Of a stretch of 64,000 nucleotides of DNA, positions 36,295 through 49,476 are shown piece after piece. Positions within the stretch are counted from its first letter, which is position 1. Each line of letters begins with the position of its first letter. The stretch is from the NCBI GenBank assembly GCA_013239625.1, contig MU054187.1, forward strand, positions 21,331,280 through 21,395,279. The letters run 5' to 3'. The stretch is from Lama guanicoe (Eukaryota). The position numbers and the translations under genes are program-made. The notes under the pieces were generated by a model that worked only from the letters and a program-made list of their open reading frames with translations, had not been told where the DNA came from and searched no databases.

Positions 36295-38615
36295 ATTCTT
36301 TCTTCAGTTAAAGTCTTTGGATTAAATGCTACTTTATGTGGCACCAGGATTGCAATCTCTGCATCCTTATCTAATGAACTTATCCCTTCATCTTGTGTAA
36401 TACACTTTGCCTGTTTGAGTTTTCCCCCTTTTGAATCAATGTATTTCAGGTTTAACGCCTGTGTTTAACATAGAATTTGATTTTACTTTGTGAGCCAATT
36501 TGAACATCTATTTTTCATTAAATGAGCATATCCCAGTCACATTTATTGAACGACTGATACGTTGGGGGTCTCAGTCCCATCAGAGTATTTCATGTAGTAA
36601 TTACCATGCGTGTTATGTTATTCTTACTGTGGTTTTCCCTCCGTTCTGGTATGTCCTTTTCTTTTAAAAATTATTTGCTTCTTTAATTTTTTATACTATT
36701 TTTGGTATTTATAAAGCTTTCTGGTTTTGTTCTAGTAGTTAACCTTTGTTTTAACTTTTACAGTGATCATAATTCTCTTTTTATTAACTCTCTCTTTTTA
36801 ATGTTTATATCTCTTCTTTCAGTTTTCATTGGTATCTTTTGACTCCTCCCTAATAATACAGACGCAATAGTCAATGAACTAGTTCTACTTTCTTCTCTCT
36901 TCCTCATTTTTCATTCCTTTAGTCTTTTGTTTGTCAGAACATATTGTGTTCACATGGTCATCTTCTATAATTCTTAGTTCTATAATGAAAAATGTGGAAT
37001 CATCACCATCAGTCCTTCTGCCAGACTTTCTCCAGGGGGCTCTTGACTGGAAGAAGCTCATCCTTTAATAGATCCCTTTAGAAAGGGCACCTGTGTTCTG
37101 AGTTTTTGCACATTCAGAACTGTTTTCCCATGACTTTGACACTGGAAGACCTTCGCTAGTGTCGGGATTTCTTTTATGTCTTGAAAGTGCTGCTTCATGT
37201 TGCCTTGCTTTATATTTCATTTCTGAGACGTCTGATTGCTTGTCTGCTTCTCAGGACTTTGCACTTGGCCATCTCTGGAGGCCCCGGGGATGTCTTCTTT
37301 CCCTTTAAATTGTAATAGTCTTACTCGATGTACTTTGGAGATGCTTGTTCTAGTTCAGATTTTTCCCTGATAACCATTTAGCCCTTTCCATGAGCATATT
37401 CAAGTTCTTATTTTATTTTATGGAACGTTTTCTTGCATTATAGTTGTAAATATTATTTCTGTTCCATGGTTTTAAGTCTCTTAGTCAAGGACTCCAGATA
37501 CACAAACGTTGGACATTGTTCGCTCACCTTACACTTCAGCTGCTTTCAGTCTGACCCTTTCTGTTTTCCTTTTTTATGTCATTTTCATTCTCTTAGTTAA
37601 GGCCCTTTATAGCATTTTCATTTGAGTCCATTTTCACTCGGACGTCTTGTAGCTTAGTCTTCGTTTGTAATATTTAATTTTTTGTTCTATTTCTTTCCTG
37701 GTTTCAACTAATTTTCATGTTATTCCTTTCTCTTTTTATCCATTTATATGCTCAGTGTTTACATTTCTAATTCAAGTTATTTAAAAAATTTTTCCCAGTT
37801 CTTGTTTGAGAAGAGGTAATTCAGTTTGGCATAATGTGTTACAGTTCTCTTTAGGTTTTTGGTTGGTTTTGTGGAGAGAATTTTCATCAGCTGAGATTTT
37901 TTGATTAATTTTACTGATGTTTCCTAATAGTTTTCTATGCATGATGTATTCTGCTCTTTTCTAACCCTCTGTGCTTTGTAGTTTTAAGAGTGTTCATTTG
38001 CGTTAGTCCTGCCCTAATCTGTGCAACTTCTTTCATAAATGGTCTTTTTGATGGCAGGGTGGTTAGTGGGGAGATTGGCATGTTTTTTTCCCTTTTGTTT
38101 CTTGTGTTTATTTGATTTTTTTCCCCTCTTGTTTCCTTCTTTTCATTCACAGCCTTAACTCCCCACCTTCATCCAACTCCTCCCTTCTCCCCAGCAGCAG
38201 TGACCCTTGGCAGTTGCCACTTCAAGTGCCACTCATTGTCCCTTAACCCAGTCCTGACCTGTGCTCAGTATTTTGGCATTTAGTATTGAACGTTCTGTCC
38301 TTAGTGATGATTTCATTTTTGTTTTATCTAGGTCATCTTCACTCACTGGCTCTTTTGAGCTGAGTCTCCTAAGCCTCTCTCCCCCTCTCCACAACCGTAG
38401 GCTTGCTGGGCAGGCAGCAGAAATGCTACTGGAATTTTATTTCTTCTACTTACAGTTGATTGAACACGACTGTGTTTCCTGTTCCCCACGGCTGCTTAGG
38501 GTGCAGCTCAGCTGCGGTTTTATCTGCGGATCATCTCTCCTTTGGTTTTTTTTAGGTCTTGGGGGAAGTTCGAGTGGGGATATTCAAACTCATGCAGCCA
38601 CCATTGGACCCTAAA
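36295..38615 (-). mobile_element. Ancient L1 5' half (L1ME/L1M5-like: 5'UTR, ORF1, spacer, start of ORF2)
   Basis: T-rich + strand with degenerate blocks 'tttgtgagccaatttgaac', 'cacatttattga' (ORF2 start) and 'ttctgagacgtctgattgc' (ORF1). Confidence 0.6.
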
Positions 38616-39239
38616 CCCATAGATCTTGAAGATCTGAAACAGGGTCAACAGAGATTTTAATGAGAAAGTTCTATTAAACAAAGACTTGTAGGAGATTATG
38701 AATTTATTCCTGGGGATTTGGGGGCAGAAAAATTCAGGTAAAGGAAACAGAAGGTCCTAAGGTGTAAGCATGTCTGACGTGTTTGAGGAAATAAACGAGG
38801 GGGGCTGGAGTTGACTGTGGATGCGGATGTAGATGTGGGAGAAAGAGCAGGGTAAGAAGTTGCACAATGTAATATTGCTGTTCATAAAGAGTTTTATGAA
38901 GTTGACCCAAATTAAAACTAAACCCAGAATCTCCAATGTTGCATTGGTAAAATGATCTTCTAGTGTAAAACTATGATAGGACTTCGGGGACTCAGTTTGC
39001 CACTGGTATCCACCTTCCCCTGGCCTGCTGCACATTTCCACTGCCCTCCCACACACACTTCTAGGGGAGAACTGAAACGTTTTCACGTGCTGTTCAGAAT
39101 AAACAGACAATCCTTTACCTTATGCCCTTTAAATCTCAAAAACTGTACTAAATATAACAACTGAAATAAGAAATCAAACGTGTATTACATGCAAAGAGGA
39201 AACAATGAAATAAATACAATTTCCTATAAGAAAACGAAT

Positions 39240-39420
39240 AATATCGATATTATGCAGTGCTTACTATGTGCTAGGAACTCTTATAATTGCATCACATGTG
39301 TTAAATCATTCATTCCTCAACAACCCTAAGAAATAAATACATTGTCAATTCTATTTTAAAGATGAGGAAATGGAGGCACTTTAAGCAACATCCCCGAGGC
39401 TGCCCATGGAATTAAGCTGA
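39240..39420 (-). mobile_element. MIR
   Basis: 'tgcttactatgtgctagg...cattcctcaacaaccct...attttaaagatgaggaaatggaggcac'. Confidence 0.8.
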
Positions 39421-40519
39421 TCTGTTTACACAGTCGTCTACCTGCACAAGCGGAGATACGTTATCTCTACACAAATCTGTTGGGCTGTTAGAGAGAGGTT
39501 AAGTCCTTTCTTCCAGCTGCCTTTTTCCTATCTGAGTATTTCTCTCTTGCCGTCAGTCCCTGATAACTGACACCAGGTTGGAATCTACTTTCTCGTATGA
39601 CTCCACTTCCTAAGTAAAGGGATATGTTCTTCCCTTTTATACACAAAGAAATAAGTTCTATTGCATTCTTGCTGGAAATAAACTGGGGTAATGGTGTGGA
39701 TTTCTTTAAAATAACCTAGTGGAGATGGTAAAATCTCTCTTGTGTGTTTTAAATTTCTTTTTTTTCCCCCTAATATCTTTGTGTCTAGTTAGCTACTGAG
39801 TTTATTGGAAAAAAGAGACACATTTTATTTTCCTTCTGTGTTGTCTTACAGCTCATTAGATACATGTTTTCTTGTCATGAGCACCTGGGAGCATCTGAAA
39901 AAGAAAGAGGAGTGAAGGAAGCTTCTTTATAAGGATTCTCCGTTTAAGTCCTCACCATTAAATGCTGTGTACTCAAGTAACTGAGTCCATTCTAAGGGCC
40001 AGGAAACAAATGCAAATAAATGAAGGAATGCATTAGGTTGCCAGGATGAATAAAATTAAAAGCTGATCATTAAAGCACAGGACACTGTGTGCTGTTAATA
40101 GACACAGAAAGAGCATGGAGAAAACCCATGTTCTTTAAGTCAAACAAGATAAGCTGCTGTGTCCTCCTCTCTCCTCCTCCCGTTCTCTATTAGTGGAATG
40201 TTAGTCTGTGATCTCTGCGCTTGCATCCTGCGAGGAAGCCTTGTAGAGAACTGTCAAAGACGCTGGTATTCGCACAGTGACACCTGCGTATTTATACTGA
40301 AGGCACAAATGAAAGGAAACGTTTTCTATTGTGCACCTAGTACATAGAAGCCATTCAGGTGACATGTATTAAACAGTGGAGAAATGAGTGGTCACTTTAG
40401 TTGCCTCCTTTTTCTGGTTAATTCAGAGGAGTTGAAAGTAAAGACAACTTTGATCTCTTGAATGGCTCAAGTTAACACGAGACACTGGGGACGTTTTGAT
40501 TGCACACGGGATGAAAGTG

Positions 40520-41050
40520 CCGTAGCCTGTGGCAGTAGAAAGAGCATGTGACGAATTATGGATTCAAATCCTCGCTTTACCATTGACTAGACAGTCTTCA
40601 ATTTATTCATTCTTTTATTAACAAATGTTTATTGAGTATCTGTTCTGTGCCAGGCTCTGTTGTATGTTAGGACGGCAGCTATGAACACAAACAGGTAAAA
40701 TTCCTAGTACTTTGTAGCTTACATCCCACAAAGGGAGACAGACGGGAAACAAGGTATGTAAGTTAAATATGTGGTATATTATGGTGATAATTACCAAACA
40801 ATGAAAAGGGATGGGAAGGATGAAAAGTGTAAAGGGTGTGGTGTTCAAAATTTCAGGCGCAGTAACTATGGAGAGACTTACTGGCAAAAGTGACATTTGA
40901 ATTACAAACCTGAAAGATATGAGGGGCTTCAGGCAAGATGTTTAATCTCTCTGCACTTAGTTCCTGTGCCTGTCATTTGGGGAAGGAATAAACTGAATGG
41001 CCTATGTCAAAGTATCTAGCCGAGTACTTGCACCTAACTGGTGCTCTTTT
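40520..41050. mobile_element. MIR (+) split by or abutting an L2 3' end (-, ~40600-40935)
   Basis: 'ggattcaaatcctcgctttaccatt' then 'aacaaatgtttattgagtatctgttctgtgccaggc', then 'ggcaagatgtttaatctctctg'. Confidence 0.65.
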
Positions 41051-41141
41051 ATACAGTCATCCTTTTGACGGCCAGGTTCAAAGTCAGCACAACAGAGGAC
41101 TGTGTCATTGATTCTCCAGCAGAGTTTAAATGCTTTAAAGG

Positions 41142-41144
<3 letters not shown>

Positions 41145-41176
<32 letters not shown>

Positions 41177-41181
41177 ACACA
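41145..41181 (+). repeat. (CA)n microsatellite
   Basis: Visible directly. Confidence 0.97.
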
Positions 41182-41490
41182 CGGAACAGAGCCAGTTAAC
41201 CCTGGTGAAGATGATTTTGGCCTCTGATTAGACATTTCAGCATGAATATCACCTATGGGGGTGGACCCCTGCAGACACATTAAAGCAAATTTTCATTTGT
41301 GATCAAAAGACAACATCGGATTCCAAGCGTGCAGCATAAATTTACCGATATATCTGGAATGCATCAACTACTGTCAGTGGTGATGGCTCAGGCTACTCGT
41401 CATTAACGAAAAATGAGGAAGAAAAGATTATGTTTTATTCATTCAGTACTGATTTGCATTATCTCTTGATGAACATGTAAAGCAATGCAG

Positions 41491-41506
41491 TCAATAGATG
41501 GCGCCA
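41491..41506 (+). promoter_or_regulatory. Candidate CTCF motif
   Basis: TCAATAGATGGCGCCA versus CCASYAGRKGGCRSYR: two mismatches in the 5' half, CpG retained. Confidence 0.4.
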
Positions 41507-43751
41507 GAGAGCTGTTTCTCCCTCTGAGGCCAACATTCGTTTGTTGAAGATAATCTCTCGTGCAAGGATTCCGACTTATTTTCCCTGATCCTGTTAAACA
41601 TTTCTCATACTTGGTGAATTAGTAACACAAGAAAAATCTAAAACCTGTTGTTCGATTCGCATTATTATACATGGAGTAGATACTTAAAAATTTCTTCAAA
41701 AACTGTTTAAGTGTAGGAATCTCAAATGAGTTAGAAAGGAAACAAATTTAATTCTAATGTTTTATAATTTTAATTAAACATCTTCAACAATTAAGTAAGA
41801 ACATTACATACATTATCTGAATATATATCCAATGTATTGATTGAATTATGAATATATATGTGTGTATTCGTGTGTATCCACATATACACATACACATATA
41901 TTTTAATAATATCGGCACAACTTAATACAAATTATGGAGAGAATACATGGTGGTTCCATCTACCTATCCGAGGAGGTTTTCTCACCATTCCTCACTAGAC
42001 TGTTCTTCTGGATGGAAGGCACCATGTCTTATTCAGCCACCAGCCTTTTAATCATAATGACGTTACATAGTTTTATTCATTCAGGAAAAATTCTTTGAGT
42101 TAAAATTTCAAACAATGATATTTTGTTTTCAAGACCTCTCACCCTTCGTATTATTTTTATAAAACAGTTTAGTAATTAAGAATATTCAGCATTTTCTTAG
42201 ATGTACATAGTGATTACATATGTTTTATTCAAAACTTTGTTACAATCATGGAGTATATGAATTTGTAAAACCATTAAATTCATTTAGAACAGTGCCCACA
42301 GCATGGAGAACATGATATAAATGTTATTACCATTATTAATATAATTAGTAATACTAATATAGTTCCTAGTTGTGATCCTGGAACCACAGTATTAGATTGC
42401 TTATTGCAAAGCACAAGGAATGATAAAAAAAATGTATTACATTAAGACAAATAGGAAAACTTAATGAAACACAGAAATGTACTTCAAACTCCAGGTTTTG
42501 GCAGCAGTTAAGTTTAGAGATAGAAGCAAAAGCTTTCTGCATAATAAATATAGTGTTTGAAGTTATTTCATGTGAAAAAATTTGAAGTGTCAGAAATAAC
42601 CAGCAGAATATGTAAGTCTGTCATTTCAAATGGATTACAGACTATGTAAATTGAGGAAAATTAACTATTGAAAACATCATAGTTTCATAAAGCTTTTTGT
42701 ATGATATGAAAAATTGTTTAAAATAGAAATAGACATTTTAGTAGAAAATGAGGAAATAAAGGTAATCATTGAAGTAAATTTGGGGAGCGAAGTAGATAAT
42801 GTATTGAGCCAGCTGTAGCTGAGATAGAGCAGAATGTCAAACTCTGGATAAGCCTGGGAAAGAAAAACAGCTTGATGGGATTAAGGTAATTTTAAAGAAT
42901 AGAAAAGTATCTGAGTATCTTGAGCCTTAGAAAATGAAAATACTTCAGTGCCTTTGTATGGAAAGCATCTTAGGACCTTTTGCCAGTATCCTCAGATTTG
43001 TATTTGACATAAAAAAAACTGAACATGTGATTAACTCTCAAGAACCTTGAGTGTCCCGTAAGGACTCCAGTCTCCTGTGATCTCCCACTGGCATCTGAAG
43101 TCTGAGGCAGTTTGGTGTCAAACGTGTTTCTACACGTAGATATGGCATTGAACCATAATTTTAAGAGGAGGGGAAAATTTTAAATCTCTTGTAGCAAAGA
43201 AAGTTCTGTTATCAAAACTTACCACTTTGTATCAACCACTCTAATACCTAAAATGTATTTAAGAAACACTTAAAAAGTATTTCTCTACTATAAGGTTCAT
43301 TGTTCTAATACTAAGACTATGGGCATTGTGTTTCATGATCCCATCACTTCTATGATTATGGTTTTAGTTAAAGAAGTAAGGATGGCACCATTACGTATGC
43401 GAGGGTATACTTTGATACTCGGTAACTATAGCTCTATACTACCATGGCCTTCGAGTAACTTAGCCCAGGACGGTTTTGTAACAACCCCCTTTCAACTTTT
43501 CAAGACCTTCTACAATAACTGAGTGTAATTCTTCCACATTCTCCATTATTGCTTAGGTCCCACTCCTTCAAATGGCTCTGTACTGGACATGAACATGTCT
43601 TCATTCAAATAAATCTTCCCACGCAACCAGGTTAGGTTTCATAACTCCGTATCATGGGTCTCAGACAGCCTGGGTACCGTTCCTGAAGAGTTGAGGCTGT
43701 TTTTCAGTTCTAGAGCTGCTTAACTCCAAAACTCTTTGTTCGATCTGTTTA

Positions 43752-43865
43752 CAGGGCCCATATATTCTGGTTGTCTGGGACAGTCCTGTTTTATGCCTTC
43801 CAGTTTAGCATTAATCCTCCACCCAACATCCTACTTTGGATGATAAATTACGTGTTCACTCTAGA
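43752..43865. mobile_element. hAT-Blackjack MITE (MER94-like)
   Basis: 'ggttgtctgggacagtcctgttttatgcc...atcctactttggatgataaattacgtgttcactcta'. Confidence 0.6.
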
Positions 43866-44294
43866 TCACACTAAGAAACCAGGATTGTTTAATCAGGATT
43901 CAGACACTGCATCAATTCACTGGAAGGCTAGAAATGTGGTTTCTACTTCAAGAGCTTTAAAAAATTTTTTTAAAGAACCTGGATATCTATTCAAGTTAGT
44001 GTCTACCAGTCATTTTCATAAAAATCGTTGGATACACCAGTTAGTTCGACACTGAAAACATACATGATATGAAATTTGTGGGTATGTATCAGAGGTTCAT
44101 ATTAGCATTTCTGCATGCTGAAACATGCTTTAGAAAGAATCTGTCCTGGAGTGAAATTTATTCATAAAGGATATTCTTCTTCAGGTGCTTTTAATTCCCT
44201 GTCACTATTTTCTAAACTGATATACAACAAAATGGATCATTTTTTCAACCAACAGAGTTCTAAGAATATTATCAAAATAATTATTCATGCATAA

Positions 44295-44825
44295 ATGTAG
44301 CCAAGCTGAGCATGAGACCAAAGTCCTTACATGGCCACCCCCAACACACACCCATCCCACACTTTCTCTCCTTCTCTATCCCTTTTGCTTTCCTGAAAAG
44401 CTCCCTTCTCCCACAGAGCCTTTGCAATTACTGTCCCCTCCCCTTAGAATGCTTCTCCTGCCGAGATCCCCATGGCTTGCTTTCTCTTCTTCAGATCTTT
44501 GCTCAAATGTCATCTTCAAGAGGAGATCTATTCAACTAAATTGAAACAGCACTTCTCCATTCTCCACACACCTTGTTTTTTTCCTTACTTCTTTCTTCTC
44601 AACACAGCTGATGCCCTCTAACATACTGTGTAGTTTACATATTTCTTATACTTATTCTCTGTCTGCCCATCTAACATGTAAGCCTGTTGAGAATTGGGTT
44701 TTCATTTTGTTTTGATTTGTTTGGGGGGATCCATTTCTCCCGCTGGTACTCTTGCAATGTGTAATACAATATCTGACATACTGTAGGTCTTCAGTGAATA
44801 TTTGTTAACCGAAAGAATGAAGAAA
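44295..44825 (+). mobile_element. LINE-2 3' region
   Basis: 'cagatctttgctcaaatgtcatcttc' and terminal 'gtaggtcttcagtgaatatttgttaaccgaaagaatgaa'. Confidence 0.8.
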
Positions 44826-45552
44826 TAGGTTCTGAGTGTGCTGAAATTCAGCTTAGAGATGTTGCTTTGACACTCTTGTTGGAAGTATGTCTCAGAGATA
44901 AGTAGTATGAGTCACTGGAAGAGTAACCTCTCTGATTACTCTTACATATTAGCCATCGCTGAGAACCAGCAACGGTTAGCGCCTTCCTTCTCACCGTAGT
45001 ACCCAAGCTCACAGTAATGCTACAAGATGGATATGAAATTAAATAATCTGCCTCTTTCTCACAGTTATCAGAGCGTGCGGGGGGGTCCTTTTATAACTAG
45101 TCGGTTGTTTTTGTTTTGTTTTGTTTTTCTTACTGCAGTGGGACATAATTTGCAATGTGGCAGCACATGAAGTGTAAGGCTGCTGTTCACTCCTGGGTTG
45201 TGGATCTGGCCTCATTTCCTTTTAGTTACACCTTGTGCACTTGAAGAGCTGATTCCCAGGGGCCCAAGCCCAAGACAGCTTTCATTCTGGTATTATTGAG
45301 GTTTTCACCGATTAAGCAAAATTAATCAGCACCTCTATTGACAGCCTTGAAAAACAGTTTTTCCCTTGAAATAGCTTTCTCCGTTCATAATAATATGACC
45401 AGCCTCATTCAGACTAACCTATGAAGATGGTAATAGAAAGGGAAATGATATCTCTGACTGATTACTGACTGTGTGCTAGGCACATTCAACCGTCATTAGA
45501 ACCTTACAAGATGAAATACTAATATTATATTATAGTAAGAAAACGAGAGTTA

Positions 45553-45697
45553 AGTTTTTTTATTGAAGTGTAGTTGATATACCACATTATACAAGCTACA
45601 GGTGTGGAAACATAATGATTCACAATTTCTAAAGGTGATACTCCACCTATGGTCATCAGAAAACATTGGCTATATTTGCTACATTGTACAATATATT
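45553..45697 (-). mobile_element. Short L1 3'-end fragment
   Basis: 'ttttattgaagtgtagttgat...gattcacaatttctaaaggtgatactccacc'. Confidence 0.75.
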
Positions 45698-46527
45698 AAT
45701 TCTAAAAACTAGCTTCACAATGCTTGGTAACAAGCAAGCATTCAAAGGGTGTTAGTGCTTTGATTTCCTTTACCACCCCTTAGAGCTCCCTTGGACTTGA
45801 AAAAAAAGTGAATGTAAATATATAAACTTACCCCAATTTGAGTATGGATTTCCCATAAATTAGATCAGTTGTGAAAACTAAAGAAAGCATTATCTATGTA
45901 TTTTTAAACATGCTAAATGCATATAAAATAAGTGAAACTCATTATGTCTTAAAATGCATTTGGTTTAAGGAACCATATGAGTTAAATCAATTGACTGTCC
46001 TCCCATTAAATATCTGAAGTAGCCAGGGAAGTTTTCTCTTCCATTTTGCTTGACTCTGATTATAATTTTACGGCTGAACTCATTCTAAAACACATAGAAC
46101 AGTGGAAAAATCTTTTATGTGGCAAAAATGAGCTCACTTTAAGCTGCTGATTCAGATTTTACATAATGCTAAAGATTATTTCAAAGACCACATTATGAGA
46201 GTGCAAAAGATTTCAGCTGCTGACGCTATAAAGATTGCTCTCACTGTACTTTTATAAAGAAAGCACACTGAAAATCAAGGCTTCAACAGACCTACCATAT
46301 AGTGACAAATCCAGAAGTCCAGAATTGCTGCACTGTTTCAGTGGTAATTTCTTTTTCAAATTGCATAATTGCGTTGCATTTTCCTCAATCTCTTTTACCT
46401 TTAAAAGCTGTCTGGGGCCATGCCTGTTGCATAGTAGTTGCTCATTAAATGCCTGTACATTTGTCAAATCAGTTTTCTTTTGTTGGAAAACAAAAGAATG
46501 TGCTTTCATAGTAAAAATTTCCAACAG

Positions 46528-46687
46528 CTCAGAAGAATTGCAGTCAAAAGGCAGTGTCCCTCCCTTCCTAGAGTCCCAGCCCTCCTGCCAGATGAAACTC
46601 TTCCAAGTTCCCTGGAAGACTCCAAGTTGGCAGAGAGCACTCACCCAGATCCATTTCCCTCACCATCCTGCAAGCGTTTAAAAGAGT
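46528..46687 (+). CDS. Candidate exon (160 nt, phase 0-1): LRRIAVKRQCPSLPRVPALLPDETLPSSLEDSKLAESTHPDPFPSPSCKRLKE
   Basis: Acceptor aatttccaacAG, donor AGT|gtatgt, GC-richer than flanks, open in the frame of ORF 46438-46770. The pyrimidine tract is weak and an old LINE fragment lies just downstream. Confidence 0.3.
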
Positions 46688-46849
46688 GTATGTTGGCAAG
46701 TTTTAAGAGAACGGAAGGGTGTTCACCGGCAGATGAATACCTTCAATACATTTCAAGAAGACAAAGTTAGATGGAAGAAGATTGAATGAGGAAACAGAAC
46801 AGAGAAAGTCCCATCATGAAAGAACACGGTAATGGAAGGGCAAGGGGAC

Positions 46850-46990
46850 ACTTGAGGATGTCTTTCCTGAAAATGGAGGAATAAACAAAGAAAGAAGAAA
46901 AGAAACTCCAGGAACCTGTGGTCCAGTTCCAGATAAGACTGTGAAATGGGGCTAGAGTGTGGTGAGTCCTGGCTGAAGTCAGCTCCGCCA
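46850..46990 (+). mobile_element. HAL1/old L1 fragment
   Basis: 'ttgaggatgtctttcctgaaaatggaggaataaacaaagaaagaagaaaag...ccaggaacc'. Confidence 0.45.
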
Positions 46991-47401
46991 AGTGGAGGAG
47001 CAACATAGAGTGTTACTCTCTTTATGAAGTATATATCTATTTTAAAGGATGGATAGCATTTCTCTGTAAAAGCGTATATTTCTCCTTCACTTTCTAATCC
47101 TTCCCACACTTGGTGATTATGAAACTGTAAGCACAGGAAACTGTGGATAAGTCACATAATTTCAGAAACAGCAGGAAGTGTGCCGAAGACAGACAGAGTC
47201 ATCAGTACTAATGATCACATAGGAAGACGTTCCAACATTTTGTTGCAGATGATGGATTAGGCAACATCCCAAGAACCGACCACCCAGAGCTAACGTCCTG
47301 TCTGCTGGAAGATAAAAACTTTCTAAGTGACCCTAAGTGTTATAAAAAAGTGTCATAAAATGTGTTATAAAAAACCAATAAGAAAAAAATGAAGTCAATA
47401 G

Positions 47402-47760
47402 TGTAATGGACTGAACGTTCGTGTCTCCTTAAAATTCATATGCTGAATCCTAACCCCAGCTGGTATTAGGAGGTGGGGCCTTTGGGAGGCAGCTAGCTTG
47501 GGAGGACTCCATCCTCATGAATGAGATTCATGCTCTTAGAAGAGGGAGCCCGGAGAGCTTCTTCACCCTCTTTGCACAATGTGAGGATACAGTAAGAAGT
47601 CAGCAATCTGCAACAGAAGAGGGTTCTCACCAGAACATAATCATGATGGCAATCTGATCTCAGACTTCTAGCCTCCAGAGTTGGGAGGAAAATGTGTCTG
47701 TTGTTTATAAGGCACCCAGTGGATAGTATTCTGTTTTAGCAGCTCCAACTGACAAAGACA
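47402..47760 (+). mobile_element. MaLR solo LTR (MLT1A0-like)
   Basis: TG...CA ends; 'tgtaatggactgaacgttcgtgtctcc', 'ggaggtggggcctttggg' and 'tctcagacttctagcctccaga'. Confidence 0.9.
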
Positions 47761-47851
47761 GGTAGAAAAGTGAAAATGATGGACATTCTCTGTCCAGGAT
47801 CCTTCAGACATAGTAGTGGAAAGGAGAGGCACTGGGACAGGAGTTGTGGGC

Positions 47852-47878
47852 AAAAAAGGAAGGAAGGAAGGAAGGAAG

Positions 47879-47955
<77 letters not shown>

Positions 47956-48173
47956 GAAGGAAGGAAGGAAGGAAGGAAGGAAGGAAGAAAGAAAGAAAGA
48001 AAGAAAGAAAGGAAGGAAGAGAAAGAAAGAAAAAAAGAAAGAGAAAAAGAAAGAAAGAAAGAGAAAAAGAAAGAAAGAAACAAAAAGGAAGGAAGAAAGA
48101 AAGAAAGAAAGAAAGAGGAAGGGAGGGAGGGAGGAAGGAAGGAAGGAAAGAAGGAAGCAAGGAAGGAAGGAGA
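47852..48173 (+). repeat. Compound (GGAA)n/(GAAA)n polypurine microsatellite
   Basis: About 320 nt of purines with only two C interruptions. Confidence 0.99.
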
Positions 48174-48470
48174 CTGTATCTTGGCCTTGTTTCAAACCAG
48201 ATTCTCTTTCTGGCCTTATGCCTCTGTTTGCAGCTGGATATGGGCTCTCTCAAGAAACAAGGGTGCTCCAGTAGAAAAGAGTGAAGAGAGGTCTTGCTAG
48301 ATGGACTTTGACTTGCTCCCAGAGAGGACAGTTTACCACAGGTGGGATGACTGAGAAAGGACACCCGGTGAATTTTTCTTCAGTGCCAGTGATTTTAGGC
48401 TTTACCAGCATTCTGTTGATCGGCCTAGCTCCAGGCCATTGTCCAAGGTGCTAGTTAGATTAGAACAGCG

Positions 48471-48900
48471 TTGTTGCAAGTTGGCTTCTCCAGGAAGCCG
48501 ACTCTGAGATGGAAGTTAATATGTGGCATGTTTCCCAGGGACTGCCAATAGGGATCAGCTCCTTTAAGAAGGGATGGGAGGAAGCAGGGTTGGGCAGAGG
48601 GAGAAGTGGAGCTGTGATGCAGACGCAGCAGCCTCCACTGACCTCGGGTAAGCTCTGGAGTTCGTACTGTCTGTCTGACTTGTTCTCTACTGGGCCAAAG
48701 ATGAGAGAGCCTTTATCCCGCTACCTGGACCAGTCATCTGATGAGGGCGACACCCGAGTGTGTGACCTTGGTCAGTGCAAGTCTCTGCATGTGAGGCAAT
48801 CTGACAAGGGCTGTCAGCTGAGGAAAGGCAGCTTGCTGACAGCATTTCCAGCTGCTAAGGCAGATTCTTCCTTAAAGGAAATCTAAGTGGTGTCATAATA
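48471..48900 (-). mobile_element. ERVL-class solo LTR (LTR33/LTR41-like)
   Basis: 'ggaagccgactctgagatgga', 'ggaagcagggttgggcagagggagaagtggagctgtgatgcag' and 'gtgtgaccttgg'. Confidence 0.7.
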
Positions 48901-49476
48901 TGACCGAGACATCAGAAGAGCTTGACAATGATGAAGGCAGTAAATGCAAGAAAAAATTTAAAAAGAGAAAGGAGGGCTGTAAAATCTGTGACAGTGGGCT
49001 AGGAGGAGGTGGGTGGTGAAGGCAAACTTTGTCGGGAAGGAAATGCAATAGCCATTTGGCTTTACACAGTCTTAACGATCAACATTATTTACTCCTTTTG
49101 CCTTTTGTACTAAACCTGTTGAAATTCGCAAGGTGGTTGTAAAAGAAAATGCATTTGTTCTTCACATTAACAATCAAAACCTTAAATTATAGATAAGTGG
49201 TGTTTGGGAGTAGACAGTGGAGACAGAGAGAGTAGGGTTCCAAGATGAACTGGGAAAGCAAAGACCATCAGTATTAATGGGGCAAGAAATGGAGGTTTAA
49301 TTCATATTTACATGGTTACTAATAGAGAAATGAAATAGTGACATGACTATATTGAAAGGAAGGACAAGTGAAAAATATTGTTGGTATAAATGAGCTATCT
49401 TGTCATATGAAAGCAGGAAATCAAATATATAGTGGAGACAGGGTGGGATGTAATGACCTTAAAAACAGGTACAGAG

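Noticed and set aside
47668..48364. Six long ORFs (115-186 aa) rich in K/E/R or F/L/S
   Set aside because: Stop-free translation of the (GAAA)/(GGAA) microsatellite.
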